Shown: positions 28,128-42,178, counted from the first letter of the stretch. The stretch: DNA of 64,000 nt from Octopus vulgaris (GCA_951406725.2 OX597833.1:24738001-24802000); one strand, 5' to 3'. Notes: a model not told the origin generated them from the letters alone. Program-made: numbers and translations.

Positions 28128-28360
28128 GAAGAAGAAGAAGAAGAAGAAGAAGTACAACAACAGCAACAACAACAACAACGAAAAATACCTTAGGAATGAG
28201 AACCCAGGTTTGAAATTATCCCAAGACACCTGATGAAGGCTGGAGGGTATATCAACCGAAACGTTGTGTTAAGAACAAACAAGATATGGACAAATATCCG
28301 TTAATTGTAAATAATGTAAATAATGTACATAATTCCTCATCTCTTAACTATAGAACTGTG
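27670..28360. mobile_element. Head-to-head inverted pair of the tRNA-head/(AAT,AAC)n/hammerhead repeat
   Basis: Minus copy 27670-27965 and plus copy 27975-28360. The centre is ggaatcgaactcagaatc...gattctgagttcgattcc. HHR motifs at 27740-27786(-) and 28225-28270(+). Confidence 0.85.
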
Positions 28361-28361
28361 T

Positions 28362-28464
<103 letters not shown>

Positions 28465-28494
28465 GAATAATAAAAAGGAAGTTCTTGGTAAAGT

Positions 28495-29750
28495 ATAATA
28501 TATTTGAAAAAATGAGTAGAGATGGCTTTTTGGGGGATAAGTTTTTATTTTAATAATAATGTCTACTGTGGGTCCATGTGCTTCGTTTGGGTCTATGATG
28601 TGGTGTCTGGAGAGTTCTATTTGTTGGTTGGTTGGGGTCGTATGGTCTCTTATTTCTTGTTATATCTGCGTATGCTCACAAACTTGTTTATTTTGTAGGA
28701 AAGCTTCCTTTCTTTGGGTGTTGTTTTGAGATCTGACGGTTGTCGTAGTAGGTTGGTGTTTAAGTTTTATCTGGTTTTCCGCCCATAGGTGTTTCCGTAT
28801 TCCTGTACCCAGAGGATTTTTGATTCCAAGATCTTCTTAGACTTCGCCTCCCCTCTGATGATGTCGATTTTCTACATGTCTAGAAGATTTCTGTTTTTTT
28901 TTGTTTGGATACCTCTCTGTAGATTCGTGTTTCTTGTTCCTTTTTATGAAAGGCATTAGTAAGGGATTCATATTTGTTTATCATGATTGAAAGTTTTTTG
29001 GGAAATCTCTAATAATGTTTCAGATATCAGTGACTTAGTTGCTGATTTTCATCTAGTGTAAGCCATTCTATCTTGTACCAGTCTGTAAGATAGTAGAATA
29101 ATAAAAAGAAAGTTCTTGATACAGTACAGAGAAGAGGTAATACTTCCAAGAAAATTTCGTATCAAAGAAATAACGTCGGAACCAAATGAAGACACAAAGA
29201 TTCACCTCAATGTAGAACTATAGAGATTTTAAGCTGAAATCACACTACTTTGCCTTAGAGTTACAAAACTCCAAAAGAATTTTGAAAAATACGACACCTA
29301 TGTACATGAAGTAATTAACAAAAAAGAAGCAGACATGTGGAAAACCGAGAGCATCAGAGAGAAGACGAAGTCTAAGAGGTTCTTGGAATCAGAACTCTTC
29401 TGGCTACACGAATACGAAAATATCTATGGGGGGAAAAACACAGATAAATCCTCAACACCTACCTACTACAACAACCCTCAGACCTCAAAACAACACCTAA
29501 AGAAAGAAAGCTTTCCCACATAATGGCCAAAGATAACTCAGTCCTCTAAGAATCACACATTTGCAATCATACGCAGATATAACAAGAAATAAGTGAACAT
29601 ACAACCTTAACCAAGGAACAAATAGGACTTCCCAGAGACCAAATGCTAGAATAAAACGAAGTAAATTGACCCATTGTAAACATAATTAATTAAAATAAAT
29701 ATTATCCCCCCAAAAGCCATCTCAACTCATTTTTTAAAATATATATATAT
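28495..29750. repeat. Diverged long inverted repeat (~400-bp arms), probably PLE-derived
   Basis: gagatggctttttgggggataa (~28519) mirrors ttatcccccaaaagccatctc (~29702). cttatttcttgttatatctgcgtatg mirrors catacgcagatataacaagaaataag. Confidence 0.75.
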
Positions 29751-29836
29751 ATAATTTTTTTATCTATGAATATATTTAAAGGGAAAAATTCATAAATTTT
29801 CCCCTTATGAGGATCTTCACGCTAACTACTTGATAA

Positions 29837-30060
29837 TCTCTTATTATAAAAGGCAGATTTTATCTGCCTCCCTTTGTCTCTTATAGAAATCTACAATATA
29901 GGATTTCTTCAATTACAATTTACCTAGCATTTTTAAGAGTAGAATAAATCGGGTCGTGCCAGGTCCAGTTTTTCAAATTTCAACCCCAATTAAGCAAAAT
30001 TTCGAGAAAACTCACATTGTGGTGTGTAAGTCAACTGCTTTTCTTAGTGTGGGCTACAGC

Positions 30061-30102
<42 letters not shown>

Positions 30103-31540
30103 AGCGATCTGCTTCACTCACGCTATCACCCTAATTTCTCCTCCTTTCTCTTTGCAAGTGTGCAACGATTAAAGTGAAAGTATTTCTATAAATCGAGAGA
30201 AGTGTACCTTAAACCACTACTCAAAAAAAAAAAACAGCAAACAGAAACAAATAAATACATAACGATTTACTTCTCACACAATTTCTTCAATTACAGTTTA
30301 CCTATGATTTTTACAAGAACTTCCATTCGGTCATGCCATACAAAATTTCTTTCAATTTCACCCCCAATTAAGACAAAATTCGAGAAAACTCAATATTTTA
30401 ACATTTCACTCCGAAAGCATTGATGTACATGTGTGCGTGCGTGAGTGTGTGTGTGTGTTTGATTGGGTGTGCGACACAGAAAGTGTGGTGTGTAAGTGAA
30501 GTGCTTTTGTTAGTGTGTGTAAAGAGACAGGTTGTGCTGTGTGTGTATTGTGAAAGACAGAGATAACTTAACTTTTTTTATTCACTTTTTGTAGTGAGTG
30601 ACTGAGAGAGAAAAGAGAGAGAGAGGTTATGTATGTATATATGTATGTATGGCTTCAGTGACACACACACAAAATCACATACCTACGTACACCTAAAGCA
30701 CGCACACACACACACACAGCGGAGCGCGAACTTCAAAAGAACTTCGCGCGCTATCTATCTGGTTTGCCATTCCTCACACACACGCATACACATACATATA
30801 TGACAGTGACAAACACAAACGTTTCAAACAACTACATACAAACACGTGTGTGTTTGTTATTAGTAAAAAAGGCGCCAAACACAACTCACTTCTCATTCGA
30901 ACACATTTGCAAAAACACACCGACGGTCGAATTGCCATAACAATACAGAAAAGGTAAATTGGTTTTTAATTTACTTTCTGTCGTTATTTTTGGTAGTATT
31001 AATTGGCGAGCGTACTTCTGTTGTCAATTGTTGACAGAAAGAAATTGTAAGCTAATAAGGTGTGTGTGTGTGTTTAGGAAGTGAAGGATAAAAATATTGC
31101 AAGAAGTGGACAGATGTACATATATACATCCATACATACATGTGTATGTGTGTCTATGTATGTGTATTAATGTGTGTGTTATATCTATATAAAGCTGAAG
31201 TTGTCTGTGTGCGCCACGTTTGGTAACCTTCAACTAACACTATCTCCTCCGAGACCCTGCGGCGCAAGTTGACCAAAATTGAGAGTATGATGGAAGAAGG
31301 GTTGCTCTTCCTTCCGTAGAACATAAAATTAAAATCGGACCATGTTAACACCAAAAATTATTTACATCAAAAAGCTGCTTTTTTCTATGAAAATCCATTA
31401 TTTTTTACGATTTTTTCACTGCTGTGTCGCCACTTTTCGGTGTATTTCGACCAGAAAAATGTTCACAAAATTTTTACTTTTCAAAATTACAATTCCAGCT
31501 GGTCGAAACAAACCCGAGCAACGCCGGGCGATACTGCTAG
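29837..31540 (+). mobile_element. Non-autonomous Helitron
   Basis: A|TC 5' end at 29837, subterminal hairpin cccg-agcaacgc-cggg at 31513-31528, CTAG|T 3' end at 31540, and no TSD. The 3' end is more certain than the 5' end. Confidence 0.75.
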
Positions 31541-31602
31541 TTTCTTATAAAGATTTTATCATATTTTTAAATTGTAAATTTAACCGGAATATATTCAGTG
31601 CT

Positions 31603-31657
<55 letters not shown>

Positions 31658-31942
31658 TAAATTAGAGATAAAACCACTATTAGGCAAATCAAACAGTGAA
31701 AAACATAAGCCAATACATAAAATTAATTTAATTTATATTATTTTAACTATATATCAAAAGTATTAAAAGTTTAATAAAAGATAAATATATATATATATTA
31801 ATACACAAATATGAGAGAGAATATATTTGAGTATTAATAATATTTACTGAATCTCAGTTTTTTATGCGCTAAACCACTGGTGTTAAATTGATGTTATTAA
31901 ATTAATATCCAATTTTTTCACCCTTATTTTGATTAATTATAA

Positions 31943-32004
<62 letters not shown>

Positions 32005-32135
32005 GTATATTCTCCCACTCTTCTGTTGGCCTGTTCGCTTAGCCAGCGGGGTGGCGTCATTCGAAGGCTAAAACAATGCGAACGCATTGTGACCAGCGAT
32101 GTGTAACTACATCTGATGGACTGGTCGGAAAATAT

Positions 32136-32231
<96 letters not shown>

Positions 32232-32878
32232 ACATATATGTGCGTATATTTTATATATATATATGTGTGTGTATGAGTTGTGTGTATGTGTTTGTCCCGC
32301 CAACCGATGCTGGTGTGTTCATGTAACGATAACATAGCTGCTCGACAAAAAGGGCCCGATAGATTAAGTATTAGGCTAACAAAGAATAAGTCCAGGGGTC
32401 GATTTCTTCGACTAATACCATTTAAGGTGGTGCCACAGCACGGTTGCAATCAAATGAGTGAAACATGTTTTAGAGACTCAAAGAATGTTTGTGTGTGTGT
32501 GTGTGTGTGTGTGCATGTGTGTGTGTGTTTATGTGTGTGTGTGTGTTTATGTATGTGTATGCGCGTGTGTTTATGTATGTATGTATGCATGTATGTGTGT
32601 ATGTATATATGTTTCAGTCATTCTAGTTCTTGCTAGGGCACTGACTTGAAGTCTTTAGTCGAACTAATCGAATCAAGTAATAAATTTGGGGGAGCCTGGA
32701 ACATATTCCATGTTTTTTGTTCTTGCTGAAACGCTAGGTAATGGGGACAGAACCAAACCAACACTGGTTATCAAGCAGTGTTGGGAACAAGCACAGACTT
32801 AGCTGCACTTATACACATCGATATATCTGCATCAATAATTATCTCTCTCTCTCTCTATCTATCTATCTACCTATCTAC

Positions 32879-32949
<71 letters not shown>

Positions 32950-32950
32950 C

Positions 32951-32992
<42 letters not shown>

Positions 32993-34699
32993 GTCTGTCT
33001 GCCTGTCTGTCTGTTTGCCCCCATTCTCTCTCTCTATATATATATACGTACGTACATACACACAAACACGCACACTCACGCAAATGCAGACACACATACA
33101 CACATAAACATACACACACAACCACATATATAATATTTGTTTCAAAGTGATATATGGACACGTGAGGGAACAACAATCATGGAGTTTTTTGTTTTGACAC
33201 TCAGAAAAGATGGAAGGTGTGTTTGACGTTTCGAGGTACACTCTCCTACAGAAAGAAATGGGGAGAGAAAACAGATGGAGAATGTAACAAAAACAGAGAG
33301 ACAAAAATACGATGGCCTTCTTTCAGTTTCCGTCTACCATAGCCACTGAGAAGGTTTCGGTTGGTCCGGGGCTATAGTAGAAGTCACTTACCCTAGGAGC
33401 CGCGTAGTAAAATTGAACCCAGAACGATGTGGTTGGGAATGAAATTAGAACTTCTTGCTTTTCTAAACAGTATTGGTTTATCAGTGATGCGTAAGTAAAA
33501 AGGTATGAAAAAAATCGCTAACATATGATTGCGGCTTCATCTCATCATCGGTTTACCCATCTAGTTCAAGGGCGTTGACTACATATTTCCACCAGAAAAT
33601 TAACCCAACCAAATATGTATCCCTGTTAATCTCCTTTTATCACTTACACTGAAACTAATTTACTATCTGTCACGAGAAAATAAATACTTTGTTTTACATT
33701 CATTTTATTTTCTTTTCTCCAGTCCTGTTTTAGTTTTTTACTATCTTTATATCTTTCTTCAACTCTTCCTCCCATTCACTCACACACCTACTCTCTCTCT
33801 TCTTATATGTCTGTCTGTCTGTATATATATGTGTGTGTGTATGAGTGTGCATGTGTGATTCTTCTAATCAATCTCTTTTCTGTTCCTTCATTCGTTTCTT
33901 CACTTTTTTCCTAGTATTTTCCTTTTTTTCTCTATGCAAGGAATCCGAATTAATTTGTATTGTTTAGAGACAAGAAGATAACAAGTTTCATTCAAAAGAA
34001 AAGATTTGTGCTTTAAAGGAACCAAAAGAAAATATAATATTATAATGAGCAACATTCATATGTTTAGGTCAGCAATGTGTGTTGATTAGTTACAATCAAC
34101 AGTGCATGGATAGTTTTGTTTTTAACAGGATACGGTGCGTCGATGGAACTATCATAACAAATCCAGAAACTACTAACACAATACATACACTCACTCACGC
34201 ATATACACACACACATACCTGTATATACATGTATAGGCGACCAATTGTCAGATTCGCTACAGCGTCGAATAGATTATTTTGCGCTAATCTTTCCGGCTTT
34301 ATGCCCTCTAAGTTAAAATACCATAGAGGTCAGTTGTGTCTTTCATCCTTCTGTGTCGATAAACAACACACTTGCACTGACCTGAAGTAAATACTTTCCC
34401 CTTGCTCTCAGTCATCCTTTACGTCTGTCTGTTTTCTTAATTTCCCGGAATAAAATGTTGATGAGGCCTGGAGATTGATAGGCTGTTCCAGAATTAAAAT
34501 ACCCACGAGACTCATTTATCACGACAGTGCCCTACACCTCCATCGAGGGGTTTAAAATGTATGGAAAGGCAATATTGTATATAGAGTGTGCGAGAGGTAT
34601 CGGAGGACATATTTGGTAATTTGATAAAACAACTATAATCTAGCAAAAACCAAATATTTTAATAAAAATATTTGCGCATATTCTCGGTAAGCTTTCTTA

Positions 34700-34968
34700 C
34701 AAGGTTTTTCTATGAATACGCCTTCTGCTTCGTTGACTGCCTAGTGCAGGACCAAGATTGTTGACATGCCTGCACAAAATAGTCCTTATCTATTTCGGAC
34801 ATCATCCGAACAATGATGTTGTTCGATGTAGCGATGATATTGTGTGGATGTCGAACAGTCTCGCTTTCACCAACGCTCCAAAACTTATGGTCGATAGCAT
34901 TTAAGCTTGGTTGCTAATTGTTTGTGGTTACATGATGGCAAAAATTTTCTGACATTCATTCTTGGGTT
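34700..34968 (-). mobile_element. DD37D (maT/mori) transposase relic, C-terminal part
   Basis: TQE*MSENFCHHVT..SLNAIDHKFWSVGESETVRHPHN..SEIDKDYFVQAC..EAEGVFIE, matching family motifs SPDLNPLDYYVWG and EAEGGFIE. Confidence 0.75.
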
Positions 34969-35027
34969 AGGTGGGTCAGGTGGGTTTTTGGAAAAGGTGG
35001 TGAGTCTTGTTGAAACAGTATTATTTT

Positions 35028-35061
<34 letters not shown>

Positions 35062-35067
<6 letters not shown>

Positions 35068-35690
35068 TTTAATTTTCATTCCTTTCATGAATTTATCCCT
35101 TTTTGTGTTTCTAGCACTACGCTTCCTTATTTGGAAGCATTTTATTATATTTCTACACGAAAAATATATAGTCTAATGACTAACTCGTCTTTTGTGCTAG
35201 GCCACTGGTAATAATAATTTATTTTATTACCCTATTTGATTATGTTTAAATATTGCTTGATAAATTTGTTCGTAAATCTTTTACCGACATCCTCTCTGTT
35301 CGCCGGGTATGATTTGCGTCTGAGCAGAGATTTGAAAAGTTAGGATTAACAAACCGTTAGATCTACATGTGCTTCTAACAGTCTGTGCGTCTAGGATTAC
35401 GAAGGCTTCCCACTGAAGAACCTGGCCTGGCAAATATATTCTGTGTGTTTGCTAAAAATTGGTAGAAACCGTTCGGTCTGGGATATAGCTGAGACGGTAA
35501 ATGTTTTAATTTTCATTCCTTTCAGGAATTTATCCCTTTTTGTGTTTCTAGCACTACGCTTCCCTATTTAGAAGCCTTTTATTATATTTCTATACGAAAA
35601 ATATATAGTCTAATGACTAACTCGTCTTTTGTGCTAGGCCACTGGTAATAATAATTTATTTTATTACCCTATTTGATTATGTTTAAATAT
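35062..35690 (+). mobile_element. ~440-bp partially tandem repeat carrying a complete type-I hammerhead (retrozyme-like or PLE pseudo-LTR)
   Basis: 35062-35250 is repeated at 35502-35690, with the HHR between the copies at 35408-35483. Related ends occur at 1-125 and ~39180-39220. Confidence 0.75.
35408..35483 (+). ncRNA. Type-I hammerhead ribozyme motif
   Basis: tccca-CTGAAGA-long stem II (acc...ggt, tggcaaatat/gtgtttgcta)-GAAA-ccg tt cgg-TC-tggga. Stem I (tccca/tggga) pairs perfectly and the cleavage triplet is GUC. Confidence 0.75.
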
Positions 35691-35724
35691 ATATATATAT
35701 ATATATAATATATGTATGTATATC

Positions 35725-36150
35725 TATCTACAGCTCTTCAAATTTTCCGTTAGAATTAATTCTAAAACGGTATGTGGTGGTATCGCACGATCTTCCTTCG
35801 TAACCACGCTTAAAAACCATAACATTTGCTGGAAACATTGTGTGCATCCTGGGGACACCAGAAGGATCTGCACATAAGCCTCTGTCATCAATCCTGTTAG
35901 ACTTTTGGTCCGGGTCGAGGTTTTTCTCATCAGAGAAGAACCAAACCATGCTATGTTCGTGAGTGTTTTTAACCTTGTTATGTAACCGCTTGACACAGAT
36001 CAAATGATTCTCTTATATGTCTGTAGACAAGAATTGACTTTCTTCAGTATATATGAGTTTTGACGATGTCCTCCTGTACAATAGATCTGAGAGTTTACTA
36101 CAACACCTGAATTACTTTTGTAATATTTTTCATCAAGCATCTGAGATCCG
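35725..36150 (-). mobile_element. DD37D (maT/mori) transposase relic, N-terminal and catalytic part
   Basis: VWFFSDEKNLDPDQKSNRIDDR..VPRMHTMFPANVMV in ORF 35728..36003. Confidence 0.85.
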
Positions 36151-36257
36151 CTAAGTTATGGGGACGTACACGCATCAACGTCGGTTTTCAAGCGATGGTG
36201 GGGGACAAATACAGCCACATAAACACATACACACACGCACACATATACTACATATAC

Positions 36258-36289
<32 letters not shown>

Positions 36290-36327
36290 TGTATGTATGT
36301 ATGTATGTATGTATGTATGTATGTATG

Positions 36328-36367
<40 letters not shown>

Positions 36368-36563
36368 TGTATGTATATATATATGTATGTATATATGTAT
36401 GTATATATATATATATATTGTTATATTTCGGAATGGTCATTTTGCCAGTTTAGCCAATAAATATATAAACATATATATATATAATAACAATATAATAAAT
36501 AAATAAACACATGCATATATACATACATATATGTACATACTTACATCTATATGTATATATACA

Positions 36564-36609
<46 letters not shown>

Positions 36610-36726
36610 TACAGGACACCACAAATAAACGTAGAACACAACGAGAAACGAAAACATAAAATCAAACAAGGAAACGGATTTTTTTAACAACGAAAAACAG
36701 AGTACAGGACAAACAATACAAGGAAA

Positions 36727-36766
<40 letters not shown>

Positions 36767-36895
36767 TAAGAAAGTTGGTTATATATATGTATGTATATGC
36801 ATATGCCCCAGCATGACCACTGAGCTGAAACTAGATAAAATGAAAAATGAAATGAAAAAAAAATATGTTTGTATGTATGGGCACACACCACAAAT

Positions 36896-36936
<41 letters not shown>

Positions 36937-37309
36937 TATAGATAGATATATAGATATATCCATCTGAATAAATCTCTCTCTCTCTCTCTCATATATGTAC
37001 ACAAATGGATTTCACTGCAATACGCAGGTGGTTTGACCAAATCACCTGGTTGTCACACAACTTTGATGCTCAAGTTTCACTTCCACCCACTTCCTAGGAT
37101 CATGTAGGAACAGAATACTGATGTATAGACAGAGAGAAGAGGTACATATAAAGTAATAAAGAGAGAAAATGTACATAGAATCTTTTATTTGGCGAGGATA
37201 TCGTAAGGAAGTTGGTGAAACATCTTACCACGTCGATGTTAATTTTCTAATAAAGCTGTGTTGCTTACATACACACGCGCGCGCGCACACACACATTTAT
37301 ATATGTATG

Positions 37310-37392
37310 TTTTTAATTCTTTTATTCCTTTACATGTTTCAGTTATTTGACTGCGGATATGCTGGACAAATACAGACATAAAGACACACACG

Positions 37393-37433
<41 letters not shown>

Positions 37434-37600
37434 GTGTGTGTGTGTATGACGGGCCTCTTTCAGTTTTCTTTTTACCAGATCCATTCACAAGGCCTTGGTC
37501 TGCTCGAGGCTATAATAGAAGACACTTTCCCATGGTGCCACGCTGAGGAAATGAACCGGGAACTATGTTGTTTGGAATCAAGCTTCTTATCACGCAGCCA
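37310..37600 (-). mobile_element. SINE family A, diverged
   Basis: gacgggcctctttcagttt..cacaaggccttggtc..gaggctataatagaagacact. Confidence 0.7.
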
Positions 37601-37751
37601 CGTCTACATACATACATACATACATACATACATAGAAATATACGTATATGAAAGAGTACATTTGTATGTTTATACAGACAAGTAAGCTCGAAAATAGTAA
37701 CGTCATGTGAATGTAGAAGTAATAACGACGCCTTTCAATCCTAATCAGACA

Positions 37752-37807
<56 letters not shown>

Positions 37808-39475
37808 ATACTACTGCTGCTGCTACTGCTAAGAAATAAATGATGCTAGCCATGTTTGTTTTGCATCATAAATATCCAAAAATGTGAACTTTATATACAC
37901 ATTCGTATAAGCATGGAACAGATGGATGAAAAGCTCTCACACGAAAATACACACACTTGCATGTAAGTACTCATGTGTGTGTGTGTGTGTATAAACATAT
38001 ATATATATATGCATATATTTATGTATGCATACACACATCCACACATAGCTACATACACTACATACACACACACACACTCACACAAATATATAATAAATTA
38101 TTTATAGATGCATGCATATATATACAAAGCGGGCACATGTATGAACTTTGACATTTTGGTGTCTCGATTCTAACAAAACACACGCAGTGAAAAGAAAACA
38201 GATTAAATGTGTGAGTGTGGATGTCATTTTAACTCCAAGTTGACTTTACGATCGAATCCGCCAACTGACAGCAGATTACCGCTCTATTAGACTACTTTTA
38301 GCATTGTCACATTATTTATACAGCTTTAGGCAGATATACAGAATCAACAATTAAATACAGGTTAACTGGTTTTATTACAGTTTACCCATCACTGATGATA
38401 AGGAATATAATTTCAAAAAGAGAACATAGTCGCAGACGCGGCTCTGGGATAAGAAGCTTCAGTCCCGACCACAGGGTCCTAGGTTCAATTTCACTGCGTA
38501 TCACATTGCAAATGTCTTCTATTATAGCCTCGGGCCGGCCAAAGTCTTTTAAGTGGATTTGGCAGAAGAAAACTGAAAAAAAAACCGTTTAATTTTCTCT
38601 GTATTTTGTTCTTTGTGTAAGTTTGATCCATTAATATATCAAAAACGTGTCCAGCAATTATTTTAAGCCAGGTAATTTTCTATCGGTTCTCTATTTTCGA
38701 ACGCTATGTTACGGGGAGCAAACATAACAACACCAGTTGTGAAGCGGTGGTGGTGGTGGGGTGAACACAGACCCAAACACACACACACAAATACAATTTT
38801 CGGTATAGAAAACAAATAAGTAGTACTCAAATGATTCAAACATAGCCTTTGATATCCTCACGGTGGACCAATACAGCGGGATAAAGAGTGACTATAAGAG
38901 GAATCCAGGTGAACAGATATATGAGGACAAACAAACTAAATACAACCGCTTCGGCTTCATACACAATATATAAATATGTGTGTGTAATATATATATATAT
39001 ATCTGTTGTATATGTGAGCGTAATATATATATATATATATATATATATAATAGTGTACATTTAAACACATTAAGAGGTATCCATCATAGGACTCCTTACG
39101 CTAGAAGAAACAGCTAAAGTACAAACCAATAATTTGGGATAAAATCTTGAAGGGAATGAAAAATAAAATATATTTACCATATATAGTCTATTGACTAATT
39201 TTTCTATACGCTAAGCCACTGTCTTCTTACATTTCACTTCCACTAAATATCTCTACTTCCATGCGTTTAAGCCTTATTCTAATTCGCCTATCGCTCTATG
39301 ACTCTCCACTATTAGTTTTCTGTTAATTTCTTTCTTTCTCCTTCTCTTTCTATAAACTACCTTAAAGTTATATCTACAACGGATTTTAAAAAAATAACTT
39401 GACAGCGTTCCTTTCACTATATACGCAGTCATCACATTCTGTTAAAATGTCTTATTGATGTGTTTGGTTTCTTTC

Positions 39476-39563
39476 TTTCCCTGATGAGAAGATTGCATTG
39501 TTTTACACCATTTTATTCCTTCTGGAATAATACCAATGATGTCTTCGAAATATATGTCGGAAG
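39476..39563 (+). ncRNA. Type-I hammerhead ribozyme motif with extended stem II
   Basis: ttcc-CTGATGA-gaaga..cattg...caatg..tcttc-GAAA-tatatg-TC-ggaa. All core nucleotides are present and stems I and II pair. Confidence 0.75.
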
Positions 39564-39595
39564 TAAAAGAATTTGAATAATACCTGCGTTTAACA

Positions 39596-39630
<35 letters not shown>

Positions 39631-39844
39631 CCTACTTACACACACACACACACACGTATGTATGTATGTATGTATGTATGTATGTATGTATGTATGTATG
39701 TATATATATATATATATAGATATATGTATATCCAGTCACAAGGCTTTGGTCGGCCGAAGACTATAGCAGAAAGCACTTGTTCAATGTGCCACGCCGTGGG
39801 AATGAACTCGGAATCATATGGCTGGGAAGTGAACTTCTTATTTC

Positions 39845-40267
39845 TTATTTCTTTACTGCCCACAAGGTGCTACACACTGAGGGGACAAAATAAGGACAGA
39901 CAAACGGATTAAGTCGATTAAAATCGGCCCCAGTGCGTAACCGGTACTTATTTAATCGACCTCGAAAGGATGAAAGGCAAAGTCGACCTCGGCGGAATTT
40001 GAACTCAGAACGTAGCGGCAGACGAAATACCTATTTCTATTTCTTTACTACCCACAAGGGGCTAAACACAGAGAGCACAAACAAGGACACACAAACGGAT
40101 TAAGTCGATTATATCGACCCCAGTGCGTAATTGGTACTTATTTAATAGACCCCGAAAGGCTAAAAGGCAAAGTCGACCTCGGCGGAATTTGAACTCAAAA
40201 CGTAACGGCAGACGAAATACGGCTACGCATTTTGCCCGGCGTGCTAACGTTTCTGCCAGCTCGCCGC
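39845..40267 (-). mobile_element. SINE family B dimer, nested in a family A copy
   Basis: Two head-to-tail units on the minus strand, flanked by family A pieces at 39733-39840 and 40268-40295. Confidence 0.85.
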
Positions 40268-41000
40268 GAACTTCTTACCACGCAACCACGTCTACGTGCA
40301 TATCTTTAATCTTTTACTTGGACACTTGCTTTGACAGATTTTAGCCGAACAAGTCGACTCTAGTATTTATGCTTTATTTTTTTGAAATTTGTTACTCATT
40401 CGATCGGTCTCATTGATCGAACTACTAAGTTACAGGGACATAAACAAAACAACACCTGTTGTCAAGCGAATGGATGTGCAACACAGGCACACATATTTCC
40501 ACCCATATGTGTGTATGTGTGTGTAAGTCTAGGTGCTCCTTGAAACACAATGCGGTTAACCAGAATCCGGATTATAAGTGAGTGCTGTTACGAGACCCTC
40601 TGGATTATTTATCTCCTTCTATTCATCATCATCATCAGCATCACATATATATATATATATGAACAAATAAATGAATAAATATATATATATATATATGTGT
40701 GTGTGTGTTTAGGTAATGGAGAAGTAAAAGGAGTGACTGCTCCCCCGAATACATTTTTTAAAATTGAGGCCTTTTCTAAAATATTCTTTTAAACTTTTTA
40801 GCAACAAATATCAGAGATTGTAAATTTCATACATAATGACATTGTTACTGAAACATGAATTTAATGAATAACTAAGGAAGTATTTCAAGTAATATAAGAG
40901 AAATGAACTGATAATTGTTTGGCCTTTATTTATGTCCTCGCTTCCCCTAACGTTAGAACCTGCTATGCTTCTCATACAAACACACACACACACACAAATG

Positions 41001-41049
<49 letters not shown>

Positions 41050-41057
<8 letters not shown>

Positions 41058-41355
41058 AATATTAGGGAATAAATCAAATTTACAGGAAAAAAATCAGATT
41101 TAGGATTAAATCCAATTTTATAGTAAAATATTATAAAATATTATTAGAAAAAACCACTATTTTGCAAAACAAACAAGGAAAGACTTATCAATACATAAAA
41201 TTTTAATAAATATAAAAAAACCGCCACTACAATCGTTTCTTGTCTTGATCGACAATCTTCATGGACTTCAATATCAGTTTCAAAGTGGCGGTTTTTTGAC
41301 TATATTAAAATTTTATATATATATATAAAATATGGTTTTGTCTCTAATAATATTT

Positions 41356-41360
<5 letters not shown>
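41050..41360. mobile_element. AT-rich PLE pseudo-LTR-like foldback with a decayed minus-strand hammerhead (41224-41264)
   Basis: aaaaaaccgccact mirrors agtggcggtttttt. The minus strand reads TGAAGA-ttgtc..gacaa-GAAA-cgattg-TA-gtgg. Confidence 0.65.
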
Positions 41361-41403
<43 letters not shown>

Positions 41404-42127
41404 GATGGGTCTCCAGGGGATAAAATACACTTAACCTAAGTGTCACGCGGTGGGACTGAACTCGAAACTTTATGTTTGTAAAGTGATCTTATTGACCACA
41501 CAGCCATGCCCGCACCTATATTTAGCTCAATTAAAAATTGCTTTCATTTTGGTACCTAGGTAATTTGTGATATGCACCTAAGTATTTATACTTCAAATTA
41601 CCTGAAATTTATTTCTTTCGTAGTATATAATATGTATTTATGTAAAGTTAATATAATTTCAGAATTAATTTGTTAATCTCCATATTTTACATTACTTTTC
41701 ATGTTAAATTTAGTTTCAACATTATTGACTTCCGAGCTCCCAAACTGGATTTTGCAAACATTTTTTGCTACACTTTGCTCTGTTATGTCGATACTCAAGG
41801 TGGATAATTTCAAATTTCATTTAAATTTCAACTCAATGTTTACATTTCCAGTTGTACGATTCCCCTCGAGGAAATGTATATATAAATGTTTAACACAATT
41901 CTCATTTGATTTCTTTCGTACCGTTTTAATGTTTATGTACCCGAGTATTTTCCGCTTAAAATATAAATGTGTCAGATTATATAAATATATGCATCCAAAA
42001 TATATAATATATTATAATTTTAAGATGAATACCTCGAGATATTTTAAACTCGTAATCGTATATTAGTGCACATAGACGCACAGATATACATACAGGTATA
42101 CACTATTACAGCCACACGCACACACGC

Positions 42128-42178
<51 letters not shown>

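Noticed and set aside
32105-32135. ctgatggactggtcggaaa as a hammerhead
   Set aside because: The core mismatches and no stem I or stem III can be built.
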